Assembly: GCA_024275415.1 (NCBI GenBank)
Contig: JAJRZD010000081.1
Location: 16,215 to 48,214, forward strand
From: an archaeon
GTDB lineage: Archaea; Asgardarchaeota; Thorarchaeia; Thorarchaeales; Thorarchaeaceae
Reading direction: 5' to 3'
DNA length: 32,000 nucleotides
Every line of letters starts with the position of its first letter. Within the stretch, counting starts at the first letter, position 1. Below the pieces are notes generated by a model. That model did not search any database. It was not told the origin of the DNA and was given only the letters and a program-made list of their open reading frames with translations. The position numbers were made by a program, and so were the translations under genes. Below are positions 17,884 through 27,478 of this stretch, one piece after another.

Positions 17884-19629
17884 ATGCTTGATGGAAGGAT
17901 GATTAGAGTGGTAAACCTTCGAAAACTAGCCGAGATTGTGGGAGAAGATTACTTTTCGTCTGAAGATTACATGTTGGACTTGTACTCTGCTGATATCGCT
18001 GCGCTCCCCGAGATGGTGAATGACCTGCTCCGTACAAAAGCTGATGCGGTTGCTCAACCCACTTCTACCGAAATCGTTTCTAGAATCCTGAAATATTGTA
18101 TGGACAAGAGAATTCCTGTGATTCCTAGGGGGCATGGTACGAGCGGGTACGGAGGAGTCGTCCCTACTAGGAGGGGTCTCGTTCTTGAGATGACCCGAAT
18201 GAATGAGATCCATTCTATCGACAAAGGGAAAATGACAGTCGAAGTGGGAGCTGGGATTATATGGGGACATCTATTAGAAGAACTCGAGGATGAGGGGCTC
18301 ACCGTCGCAGCCTATCCAACCAGCGCACCATCCAGCACCGTGGGAGGGTGGGTTGCTGCTGGGGGTACTGGCATCGGAAGCACAAAATACGGTGGCATTC
18401 GAGAACAGGTCGTTGACCTTGAGGTCGTTTTACCCGATGGGACTGTAATAAGAACCGCAAAAGACGGCAAAGTAATCGCACAGTTCCTCAAGGGGAGTGA
18501 TTACGTTTTCAACCCGGGACATGATCTATACCAATTCGGGTTCCTTGAAGACGAAAGGGTCAATGATAATGTGACGGATCTATTCGTAGACAGCAATGGT
18601 GCATTGGGAGTCATAACAAAGGTAGTCCTGAAAATCATACCACTGCGGAATCTCAAGCCCCTAGTTGCATCCTTTCGAAGCGGTCAACTTATGACCCATG
18701 CTCTTGAGAATATCGTTGCGGCCACACGACCGTTCTTCCTGCATTTCATAACCGGTGATTTCTATCAGATGCAGGCAGAACTGGGACTGGCTCCGAAAAC
18801 ATCCGGGGAGTGGATTATCCTAGCAACTTACGAAGGAACAGAAGACGAGCTGGCTGGCGAAGTCGAGAAGTTCCACCACTTTGTGAACCGGAACAATGGT
18901 ATCGTGGAGTCGGAAGAAATTGCACAGCATGAGTGGGAAGAGAGGTTCTATCCCATGCGGATCAAGCGTCTGGGACCCAGTCTTGCACCCTCAGAGGTCT
19001 ACGTCCCACTAGACAACCTTGAGGAATTCCTAGAAGCCGTTGACCAACATTTCAAGAACGAGCGGTATGCAATTGAAGGGGCTGTCACCAACAAAGGAGA
19101 GGTTGCCGCGCTAGCATGGTTCCTTGATGATGAGCGGAAGAAGATATCGTTCCTGATGGGCTGGTACAGATCCCTTGACTTCATCGATATCGGTCTTAAG
19201 AAAGGAGGCAGGGCTTATAGTATTGGGATGTGGAATGCGCCTCTTTCACGTTCATTCTATGGAGAAAAGCGGCTCAAGACAATGTATAAGGTCAAACGCC
19301 AGACAGACTCAAAGAACCTGATGAATCCAGGGAAAGTATTCTCAGGCCCTCTTAATCTATCATTTAGGTTCAACCTATTGATCCTATTTGCTGTGACAAT
19401 CGCCATACCAACTGTCTTGTTCCTTGCAGGACTATTGGTTCCAGAAATCACTAATGCCTATATCCCATGGCTGGTTCCAGATACGTTTTCGAAATTACTG
19501 TGGCTCATCGGACTGGGGCTAATCCTTGGTGTGGTTGCGATTGAGGTCGCGAACATGATCCCGATAGGATTCGTACTGACTATGGGTAGGCCATTCATGC
19601 GATTGTTTCGAAGAATATGGAGGAGCTAG
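17884..19629 (+). CDS. FAD-linked oxidoreductase (GlcD-like) with C-terminal membrane anchor
   Basis: PRGHGTSGYGGVVP, STVGGWVAAGG.G..STKYG, GALGVIT, NPGKVF, then about two TM helices. Close paralogue of the fusion's FAD part (HEWEERFYPMRIKRLGP vs HEWKDRFYPMRVKKAGP). Confidence 0.88.
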   Translation: MLDGRMIRVVNLRKLAEIVGEDYFSSEDYMLDLYSADIAALPEMVNDLLRTKADAVAQPTSTEIVSRILKYCMDKRIPVIPRGHGTSGYGGVVPTRRGLVLEMTRMNEIHSIDKGKMTVEVGAGIIWGHLLEELEDEGLTVAAYPTSAPSSTVGGWVAAGGTGIGSTKYGGIREQVVDLEVVLPDGTVIRTAKDGKVIAQFLKGSDYVFNPGHDLYQFGFLEDERVNDNVTDLFVDSNGALGVITKVVLKIIPLRNLKPLVASFRSGQLMTHALENIVAATRPFFLHFITGDFYQMQAELGLAPKTSGEWIILATYEGTEDELAGEVEKFHHFVNRNNGIVESEEIAQHEWEERFYPMRIKRLGPSLAPSEVYVPLDNLEEFLEAVDQHFKNERYAIEGAVTNKGEVAALAWFLDDERKKISFLMGWYRSLDFIDIGLKKGGRAYSIGMWNAPLSRSFYGEKRLKTMYKVKRQTDSKNLMNPGKVFSGPLNLSFRFNLLILFAVTIAIPTVLFLAGLLVPEITNAYIPWLVPDTFSKLLWLIGLGLILGVVAIEVANMIPIGFVLTMGRPFMRLFRRIWRS

Positions 19630-19632
19630 ATA

Positions 19633-20010
19633 ATGCAAGGATTTCCTAATTATCATATGACCATTCTACTTGGACTCCCAGCAATCATTCTGTTGGGTAT
19701 TGGTGCACTACTTTACGAGATATCAAGAGAGAAGTACACACGACACCACGGCATTTGCGCAGGTCTTTCGATTCTTCTTACGACAATCAACATCATCGGC
19801 ATCATCCCAACAACTATCATTGTACTGACAGGGACATGGTTCGATTTATTTCACATCGCTCACATTCTTATCGGGATCGTTGGATATATCTTCGGAGTGG
19901 TCGCGTTCATCACTGGAATTTCGGGAATAAGAACAAAAATACCCGGATACATCGCTCTTATCTCGTGGACGACGGTATTCGTGATGGGCTATGTGCAGTA
20001 TCTACTATGA
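19633..20010 (+). CDS. Small 4-TM membrane protein, DUF420/cytochrome b561-like His pattern
   Basis: Four TM helices; H8, H38-H39 (RHHG), H74/H77 (FHIAHILIG). Family call by resemblance only. Confidence 0.6.
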   Translation: MQGFPNYHMTILLGLPAIILLGIGALLYEISREKYTRHHGICAGLSILLTTINIIGIIPTTIIVLTGTWFDLFHIAHILIGIVGYIFGVVAFITGISGIRTKIPGYIALISWTTVFVMGYVQYLL

Positions 20011-20020
20011 GGTGGTTGCT

Positions 20021-21499
20021 ATGACTGAGATTGTTCAAGAAATCAAAGACATTTCTGATGTCGAATGGGTAAGTACACGGATCACAGAACGGCTTGCTGC
20101 TAGTGGTGATACGACTGGTATCCCTTACTACCACTTCAGATGGAAGAAAAAGTGGCTCGCAGATTATGTGGCTTGGCCTAGAAATGCAGAACAAGTCGCG
20201 GCCATCATCAAGTTCGCGCAGAAAAACCAAATCGCAGTGGTTCCCAGAGGTGGCGGAACATGTTACTACGGGTCGGCTAGCCCCACACGAGGGGGAGTGA
20301 TTGTCGATACGAAACCGCTAGACAAGATCATTGAAATCAACAAGGAGAAGATGTGGGCTCATATCCAGTCAGGAATAGTGTGGGAGGTTCTTGATAGGAA
20401 GCTCGCAAAGCAAGGATTGGCCTTGAAAGTGACACCTCAAAGCGCACCTGCATCGACTATAGCTGGATGGTTAGCCATTGGGGGAAAGGCTGGAATTGGG
20501 ACTCCTAAATATGGGACGATACTTGATAACATATTAGAGATGGAAGTGGTTCGGCCAGATGGAACCATCGAAACAATCACTGGAGCTGACATGGAAACAT
20601 TCTATGGAACAAGTGGGATTGCAGGTATCGTCGTATCACTGAAACTAAGCATCCGTGAGATGCCCGAAAGAACAGATGGACTCATGTTCTCCTTCGATTC
20701 GATTGAACATGCATGCCATTTAACAGAGGAATTGGCAAGTACCAGCATAAAGCCAGTCTATCTACGAGTCACAGATCCCGAGTATGAGTGGAGGTCTCAA
20801 GGAGGATTACCCCAGAACTCGCGGAAGGGATGCTTCGTATTGGTCACCTATGATGGGACAGCAGACCAAGTAGAAAAAGGAATCGAGTACGCTCGAAACC
20901 TGTTCAAGAAGGCTGGTGGGACTGACGTAGGAAAGGAACATTATCAAAAGAGCTGGGATGACAGATTCATCATTGAGATGAAACTCAAGCTGGAAGTGCC
21001 GACTCTGTCGATGCAGAACTTCTGGATGAAACCCAAGAACGTAAGTCACCTTGCTAGGAAGATGTATGAGATTGCAGACAAGTACAAGATCAACTCCTGC
21101 TATTATATGGTCTTGGGAGCTGGGGGGATGGTCAGGTTCTGTGCGTTCGCTCCGTCCGACCATCGCTACTGGATGCATTTCATGTCAGGGAAAGCAATGC
21201 TACACAAACTTGTCAAGATGGGGTTCAAATATGACGCAAAGCTCTACACGTTGGGGCTTCAGAACACGGTGTATCTCAAGAAATACCAGAAGAAAGAGTA
21301 TAACCACTTCAAGACGGTCAGGGATCAATGGGATCCAAACGGGCTGATGAATCCGGACAAACTCACTGGCTCGAATCTGTCCTATTCTCGTCTCAACTTG
21401 ATGTTTACCATGAATGGGTGGATTCGCAGACTGATGACACTGTTCCGGGTTGCTAGGAACATCCTGCAAGTACCAAGATGGGTAAAGGAGAGGACATGA
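20021..21499 (+). CDS. FAD-linked oxidoreductase (GlcD/GlcE-like), third paralogue
   Basis: PRGGGTCYYGSASP, STIAGWLAIGG..GIG..KYG, GTSGIAGIV, MNPDK. Start ATG 20021 after GAGGTG. Confidence 0.87.
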   Translation: MTEIVQEIKDISDVEWVSTRITERLAASGDTTGIPYYHFRWKKKWLADYVAWPRNAEQVAAIIKFAQKNQIAVVPRGGGTCYYGSASPTRGGVIVDTKPLDKIIEINKEKMWAHIQSGIVWEVLDRKLAKQGLALKVTPQSAPASTIAGWLAIGGKAGIGTPKYGTILDNILEMEVVRPDGTIETITGADMETFYGTSGIAGIVVSLKLSIREMPERTDGLMFSFDSIEHACHLTEELASTSIKPVYLRVTDPEYEWRSQGGLPQNSRKGCFVLVTYDGTADQVEKGIEYARNLFKKAGGTDVGKEHYQKSWDDRFIIEMKLKLEVPTLSMQNFWMKPKNVSHLARKMYEIADKYKINSCYYMVLGAGGMVRFCAFAPSDHRYWMHFMSGKAMLHKLVKMGFKYDAKLYTLGLQNTVYLKKYQKKEYNHFKTVRDQWDPNGLMNPDKLTGSNLSYSRLNLMFTMNGWIRRLMTLFRVARNILQVPRWVKERT

Positions 21500-21502
21500 A
21501 TC

Positions 21503-22720
21503 ATGCGACGACTATTCACAAAGAACTTTGATTTTGATCCTGACAAGATCGTGATGTGCAGCAACTGCTCCACATGCAGATGGACTTGCACGAGCTATGA
21601 GGAATGGGGTAGTGAGGCCATGTTCGCAGGAGGGAGGCTCAGGATGCTCAGAGCTTATGTCGAGAAGAACCTCCCTATAGACGAACACTTCGTCGAAGCG
21701 ATTTATTCCTGCTCGGTCTGTGAACAATGTGTAGAACGTTGCCCTATCAAGGTTCCCTACGGCGAAATCGTTGAAGACCTTAGAAAAAGACTGGTCGAGA
21801 TTGGTAAAGGACCGTATGGCAAGCTCGGTGCAATGGGGGATCGGGTGTTTCACGAGCACAACCCCTACGGAGGAGAAGCAAAAGAGCGGGCGAACTGGAT
21901 CACACCAGACCTAAAGATATCGGATGACTCGAACATAGGTTATTTCGTTGGGTGTACTGCGTCATATCGGAGACCTGAGATAGGTGTAGCCACTGTCAGG
22001 ATGCTCAACCATTTTGGTATTGAGCCTCAGATCCTTGGTACTGATGAGTATTGTTGCTGCTCTCCGCTGATCAGGACAGGTCAGATTGTCATGCCCATAT
22101 TCAAGAAACAGGAAGATGGCTCGAAGAAGAAAGTGGGCACTCTTGATGTCAAGTCGATAATCAACCACAACATCGAGGAGTTCAAGAGCAGAGGGGTAGA
22201 CCAAATCATCTATTCATGCTCGGGGTGCTTTAGAACCACGACGTTAGACTGGCCCAAGTTCTATCGAGAAAAGGGAGGTATTCTACCATTCTCCACACAA
22301 CACCTCTCGCAATTCCTTGCAGTGAAATTGAAGAAGGGTGAGATGAAGTGGAAGAACGGGTACAATGAACGAGTGACGTACCACGACCCATGCCATCTTG
22401 GAAGACATGTGGGCGTGTTCGAAGAGCCTCGTGAGGTCATCAAGAGCATCCCCGGCATCGACCTTGTAGAAATGGACAGGAACAGATACGAGTCAAAATG
22501 TTGTGGAGCAGGAGGGGGACTGAAAGGAGGATTCGGCGAGAATGCGACAAATATAGCCTCGCGTAGGATCGAACAGGCATTAGAAGTCGGTGCGACGACT
22601 TTGATATCGTCCTGTGTGTTTTGCAAACTTAATTTCCTCGATGCTGTCAAGAGAGACGGACATGACATCAAGATAGTGAATATCGAAGACCTCTTCAGCG
22701 ATCTCATGGAACTTGGATAG
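21503..22720 (+). CDS. HdrD/GlcF-like Fe-S oxidoreductase (2x[4Fe-4S] + two CCG domains)
   Basis: CSNCSTCRWTC, CSVCEQCVERCP; FVGC...YCCC...CSGC; YHDPCHLGR...CCGAGG...CVFC. Confidence 0.9.
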   Translation: MRRLFTKNFDFDPDKIVMCSNCSTCRWTCTSYEEWGSEAMFAGGRLRMLRAYVEKNLPIDEHFVEAIYSCSVCEQCVERCPIKVPYGEIVEDLRKRLVEIGKGPYGKLGAMGDRVFHEHNPYGGEAKERANWITPDLKISDDSNIGYFVGCTASYRRPEIGVATVRMLNHFGIEPQILGTDEYCCCSPLIRTGQIVMPIFKKQEDGSKKKVGTLDVKSIINHNIEEFKSRGVDQIIYSCSGCFRTTTLDWPKFYREKGGILPFSTQHLSQFLAVKLKKGEMKWKNGYNERVTYHDPCHLGRHVGVFEEPREVIKSIPGIDLVEMDRNRYESKCCGAGGGLKGGFGENATNIASRRIEQALEVGATTLISSCVFCKLNFLDAVKRDGHDIKIVNIEDLFSDLMELG

Positions 22721-22771
22721 ATATGGATTGTTTCAATCGCAGTTCTCCTGCGTCCACTGATAGATTTGGGA

Positions 22772-23962
22772 TCACAGGTACTCCATAATCCGCCTAAGAA
22801 GAGGAGTCAGAAAGGACAACGGGCGGGGTAGTCTGCACTTGATGACATCCTCCAGATACCTTGACCCAGTTATCCGCATTGCGACATCCGTGAGCGAATC
22901 GCTCATCATCATTAGGTCTGCGACCCGTAAGATTGCAAGAGACGCATACAGTTGCGCCCCAAACTCCTGTTTCCATGCAGATTCGTACATCGAAAGGGGA
23001 GAACCATTCTCCAGATGAGCGATTGTGACCTCGCCTGCTATGGAACCGGCAGCCAGTGCCGTAGGTATCCCACCACCGTTGGATGCCATGACATGCCCTG
23101 CCGCATCACCCACCAACATCGTATTGTCTGAAAAGGTACGCTTCAGAGGGCCGCCCACAGGAATGCTGGCCCCTACACGAGCGATAATCTTTCCGTCCTT
23201 CAGGCATCCACCAAGGATGTTCTTGTTTCGTACCAGATGTTGTAGATAGGCGCCTAGGGACTTGCCAGAATCCATATAGGAACGCCGAAGTCCAAAACCC
23301 ACATTCGCTGAATGTCGAGATTTCGGGATGACCCATGCGTAACCACCAGGTGCTACCTGATGTCCGAAGAACATCATGGGCTCCACGATGGGTTCTCTGA
23401 TGTCCTCGATGACGTACTGTAATGATTGGCTGATGTCACTCTTAGCATCAGGATAGGAAAAGCCCAATGATCTCGCAATGATAGAGTGAGGGCCGTCAGC
23501 ACCAATCACCACACGGGCCCTGAACTCCTTGATTCCCGTCTTTGTCCGAGCAAAGACCCTATTGTCCGCAGTTTTTGCGACCACACGGGTTCCAAGCAAC
23601 AGCTCGGCCCCAGAGTCCACAGCCTTCGCTGCAAGGTGCTTGTCGAAAAGTGCCCGGTCGATGACATTCGCTTCAAGAGGGAAGTGATATTCATCGAACC
23701 GTGGTGAGAACAGTATCATCTCACTGGTTGGATACGTAGTAATGTCTGATGGTACACGGGAAATGGACTGTAACCGAGGGCATTTCGGGAACATGGATGC
23801 CATCTCACGAGGAGTGGGAAGGAACTCTCCACACTGCACAGGGACACCGACCTCACGACGACGTTCGATTATCAGTGTCCTTAGTCCTTGTGATGCTACT
23901 TGACCGGCAGTCACACTTCCCGCTGGTCCTGCACCCACAATAATGACATCATATTCGGTCAC
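22772..23962 (-). CDS. Geranylgeranyl reductase family FAD oxidoreductase
   Basis: YDVIIVGAGPAG, VQCGE, IDRALFD, IGADG, PGGYAWVIPK, LVGDAAGHV...GGGI; GTG start. Confidence 0.9.
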   Translation of the reverse strand: MTEYDVIIVGAGPAGSVTAGQVASQGLRTLIIERRREVGVPVQCGEFLPTPREMASMFPKCPRLQSISRVPSDITTYPTSEMILFSPRFDEYHFPLEANVIDRALFDKHLAAKAVDSGAELLLGTRVVAKTADNRVFARTKTGIKEFRARVVIGADGPHSIIARSLGFSYPDAKSDISQSLQYVIEDIREPIVEPMMFFGHQVAPGGYAWVIPKSRHSANVGFGLRRSYMDSGKSLGAYLQHLVRNKNILGGCLKDGKIIARVGASIPVGGPLKRTFSDNTMLVGDAAGHVMASNGGGIPTALAAGSIAGEVTIAHLENGSPLSMYESAWKQEFGAQLYASLAILRVADLMMMSDSLTDVAMRITGSRYLEDVIKCRLPRPLSFLTPLLRRIMEYL

Positions 23963-24017
23963 TGCACTTCTCGATTTCAGAGGGGGACTAGTATAAAATC
24001 ATATGCGTTAAACGAGG

Positions 24018-24497
24018 CTAATAGTTGCCTGACTGCCCTTTTTTCTTCAGGAAGTAGACAATCAATGTTAGCCCTGCAATAGCAATCATCCCCATCAGAG
24101 AATACCAAACTAGAATGTTCATCTTGGTATCAGGGGGAAGTTCTGGAGCGCTGGGAAAACATTAGGATCCTGCTCTATTGTCAGGAATCCAGTGATCTGA
24201 CAAGTACTAGTGGACGTCAAGTTCACGTTGGAGAATACCAGATGCCATGTGCCCTGAAGGAGTCGTGAAATCAAAAGTGTAGAAGCCATCTACCCTGAAA
24301 GTCATAGACCGAACGGACTTTCCATCCAACCACTTTGTGAAGTTACCATGTATCCGAATCCCTGCCGGTGCCGCTAAAGAACGGTCATAATATTCTCCTT
24401 AGTCAACTATGCGTTCAGACTCTACGTTTCAGGAGCAATCTGTAAGAGAATAACCGATGTTATATCATAATAGGTAGGCAACCAGACTACACCTCAT
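24018..24497 (-). pseudogene. Degraded gene for a secreted, C-terminally anchored beta-rich protein
   Basis: Fragments in shifting frames: signal-like MRCSLVAYLL/ITSVILLQIAP after GGTGA; GEYYDRSL...NFTKWLDGKSV...YTFDFTTPSG; TWHLVFSNVNLTSTSTCQITGFLTIEQ; PSAPELPP...ILVWYSLMGMIAIAGLTLIVYFLKKKGQSGNY* (TM plus basic tail). Confidence 0.5.
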
Positions 24498-24664
24498 TGC
24501 CTTCACCGTCTGGACTTGAATTGGACACTTTTTAACATGTTTCATTGGTTCGCAGTACTGTAGACCATTACTTCTAGAAAAATCGAGGTTATTCCTCAAA
24601 CATTAGTTTAAGGAAGCATCACCGGAGGTTTCCAGAAAGGGGTTCAAAAAGCGACCCGCATAAC

Positions 24665-24686
24665 ACTTATTTTGGTGTAAATAAGT
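24665..24686. repeat. Inverted repeat ACTTATTT-N6-AAATAAGT, possible regulator site
   Basis: Perfect 8-bp arms with a 6-nt spacer, about 195 nt upstream of mutS. Confidence 0.35.
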
Positions 24687-24880
24687 AAAAATGCGCCCTG
24701 TTTGAATCAGACTAGAAGTTAAGGTCGAAATTGGCTTGATATATGATTCAATGAATCGCATTCATTCTTGGATTGTCTACCTCAGTAATATCTTGGAAAA
24801 GGATGCCAGATGAAATGTCACACAAGACACGATTTGCGAATTGATTATTAGGATATACTCGATGCATTTGCTGGAGAAGG

Positions 24881-27478
24881 ATGAAAAAGCAGACCCCGAT
24901 GCAGAGGCAGTATCTTGAGCTGAAGAGAAGGTATCCAGATTGTATCCTGATGTTCAGGCTAGGCGACTTTTTCGAGATGTTCAACGAGGATGCGAAGAAA
25001 GCAAGTGAGGTGTTGGACATTGTCCTCACGTCCAGAGGGGAAGGTGTGGACAAGTGGCCCATGTGTGGCGTTCCCCATCATGCGGTCGACGGGTATATAG
25101 CAAAGCTCCTTGGGGCAGGACTCACAGTGGCATTGGCAGATCAGGTAGAAGATGCATCGCAAGCAAGAGGGCTTGTGAAACGCGATGTTGTACGAGTGAT
25201 AACCCCTGGAACTGTCTTGGAGTCCAACATGCTTGATGACACGTCGAACAACTATCTGCTGGCACTGGTAGAGCATTCTGGGACTGTGGGGCTTGCGGCA
25301 GTTGACGTTTCGACGGGCGAGTTCAGCGCAACCGAGATCACAGTGGACATCACTGATGACACGGTCTTGAACGAAGTTTCGAGGCTGAACCCTTCAGAGA
25401 TCCTACTCCCTGACTCGCTCAGGAAAGATGCACGACTGACACAGGTGTTCGGTGCGGTGGATGCCCTTCTGACCTACCGTCCTGATGTTGACTTCTCTTC
25501 GAGATCTGGAGAGGACAGGTTGAAGAAGGATCTCAACGTCACGACATTGGAAGGGTTCGACCTTCACGGTAAGCGAGTAGCAATCGGCGCAGCGGGGGCG
25601 ATACTGGCGTATCTTGAGGAGATGCACAAGGGGAACACATCGACGATAACAAGCCTCAGCACGTACTCGATCTCAAAGCACATGATAATTGATTCGACAA
25701 CCCAGCGAAACCTCGAACTAGTCAAGAACGCAAGAGACGGAAGCACACGAGGAACCCTGTTTGAGGTGCTCAACCGCACTAAGACGCCCATGGGAAAGAG
25801 GAGGCTGAAGCAGTGGATGCTACAGCCACTTCAGGACATCCGAGAGATCAATGCTCGGTTGGACGCCGTTGACGAGCTGGCGAGGACTGCGGCCTTGAGG
25901 GACTCCCTGTCCACCAGCATGAAGCAAGTGGGGGATCTAGAACGAACTGTCAGCCGCATCGTGTTCGGCTCGGGGGGTGCTCGGAATCTTGTGTCCTTAA
26001 GGAACGCGCTCTTGAAGCTGCCCAAGATCAAGGAGATACTCAGTTCCTGCACTTCAGAGATGTTGACAGAAGCAGAGAGGACTATCGACCCCCTGACTGA
26101 GCTATGCAACACTCTTGTGAAGGCGGTGGTGGATGACCCTCCGGTTTCAGTGAGGGACGGGGGTATGATCAAGGATGGGTACAGTGCCGACCTCGACATG
26201 CTGAAAGGTGGAATCAGCGCCGACAAGAAATGGATTGCGTCATTGCAGGCGCGTGAACGAAGAAGGACTGGGATAAAGTCGCTCAAGGTGGGATACAATA
26301 AGGTCTTCGGCTATTATATCGAGGTGACAAAGGCAAACCTCGACCTTGTTCCCGATGACTACGAACGCAAGCAGACCCTGACCAACGCTGAGCGCTTCAT
26401 CACACCAGAGTTGAAAGAAAAAGAGGCTGCCGTCCTTGCAGGTGAAGACAAGATCAACAAGATGGAATATGACCTGTACGAACGGCTACGAGAACTCGTA
26501 CACAACAACCTCCCGGTCTTACGTGGCAATTCTACAGCGATAGCGACAGTGGACGTTCTCTGCTCTCTCGGAGAAGTGGCTGTGACTCGGAGATACGTCA
26601 GACCGAAGCTGCATGAGGACACGATAATCAGAATCGTTGATGGTAGGCACCCATCGCTGGAGAATATCCTTGGTCCAAACGAGTTCGTGCCAAACTCACT
26701 GGAGATTGGTGATGGGAGCTCCACTCTCATCATCGTCACTGGTCCGAACATGGCAGGGAAAAGCACCTACATGCGTCAGGCCGCACTTATCATTCTCATG
26801 GCACAAATGGGGTCGTTCGTTCCAGCGAAGAGTGCAGAGGTAGGCATCGTTGACCGGATTTTCACCCGAGTAGGGGCGTTCGACGATTTGACAGCACGAC
26901 AAAGCACGTTTATGGTGGAAATGATCGAAACCGCAAACATCCTCAACAATGCGACAAAACGCAGCTTTGTAATCCTAGATGAGATAGGCAGGGGAACTTC
27001 GACCTTTGATGGAATGGCACTTGCGTGGGCGGTGGCAGAACGGATAGTGTTGATGAAGACCCGAACCCTCTTTGCGACGCATTTCCATCAACTCACAGAT
27101 ATGGCAGAGAGGTACCATGGCGTGAAGAATGTCCACACTCTCGCGCGGGAGTCTGGCAACACGATAGTATTCCTTCACAAGGTGGCAGAAGGGGGAACCG
27201 ACAGGAGCTATGGCGTGCATGTGGCCGCACTTGCAGGGGTTCCATCAACGGTCGTGAAACGTGCCAAGCAGATACTGGCCACATTAGAACGCTCGAACTC
27301 TGTGAACCTTAATGTTGAGGACTCATCAAGTCAAGATGTGCAGGCCAGTCTTGAGGCTCTCACGCTTGACGACCCGATTGTTGAACAGATAAAGCACCTC
27401 GACCTTGATAGGATGACACCTATAGATGCCCTCATCAGATTGAAGGAATTCCAAGACGAGGCTAAGAAACGTGGGTAA
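24881..27478 (+). CDS. mutS: DNA mismatch repair protein MutS (MutS1 type)
   Basis: TPMQRQY, FRLGDFFEMF, PMCGVP, TGPNMAGKSTYMRQ, STFMVEM, ILDEIGRGTSTFDG, TLFATHFHQL, SYGVHVA. Confidence 0.97.
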   Translation: MKKQTPMQRQYLELKRRYPDCILMFRLGDFFEMFNEDAKKASEVLDIVLTSRGEGVDKWPMCGVPHHAVDGYIAKLLGAGLTVALADQVEDASQARGLVKRDVVRVITPGTVLESNMLDDTSNNYLLALVEHSGTVGLAAVDVSTGEFSATEITVDITDDTVLNEVSRLNPSEILLPDSLRKDARLTQVFGAVDALLTYRPDVDFSSRSGEDRLKKDLNVTTLEGFDLHGKRVAIGAAGAILAYLEEMHKGNTSTITSLSTYSISKHMIIDSTTQRNLELVKNARDGSTRGTLFEVLNRTKTPMGKRRLKQWMLQPLQDIREINARLDAVDELARTAALRDSLSTSMKQVGDLERTVSRIVFGSGGARNLVSLRNALLKLPKIKEILSSCTSEMLTEAERTIDPLTELCNTLVKAVVDDPPVSVRDGGMIKDGYSADLDMLKGGISADKKWIASLQARERRRTGIKSLKVGYNKVFGYYIEVTKANLDLVPDDYERKQTLTNAERFITPELKEKEAAVLAGEDKINKMEYDLYERLRELVHNNLPVLRGNSTAIATVDVLCSLGEVAVTRRYVRPKLHEDTIIRIVDGRHPSLENILGPNEFVPNSLEIGDGSSTLIIVTGPNMAGKSTYMRQAALIILMAQMGSFVPAKSAEVGIVDRIFTRVGAFDDLTARQSTFMVEMIETANILNNATKRSFVILDEIGRGTSTFDGMALAWAVAERIVLMKTRTLFATHFHQLTDMAERYHGVKNVHTLARESGNTIVFLHKVAEGGTDRSYGVHVAALAGVPSTVVKRAKQILATLERSNSVNLNVEDSSSQDVQASLEALTLDDPIVEQIKHLDLDRMTPIDALIRLKEFQDEAKKRG

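Noticed and set aside
23963-24880. tRNA, structured ncRNA, CRISPR array or IS remnant in the largest gap
   Set aside because: No cloverleaf, periodic repeats, terminal inverted repeats or transposase fragments seen; half of the gap is explained by a pseudogene.
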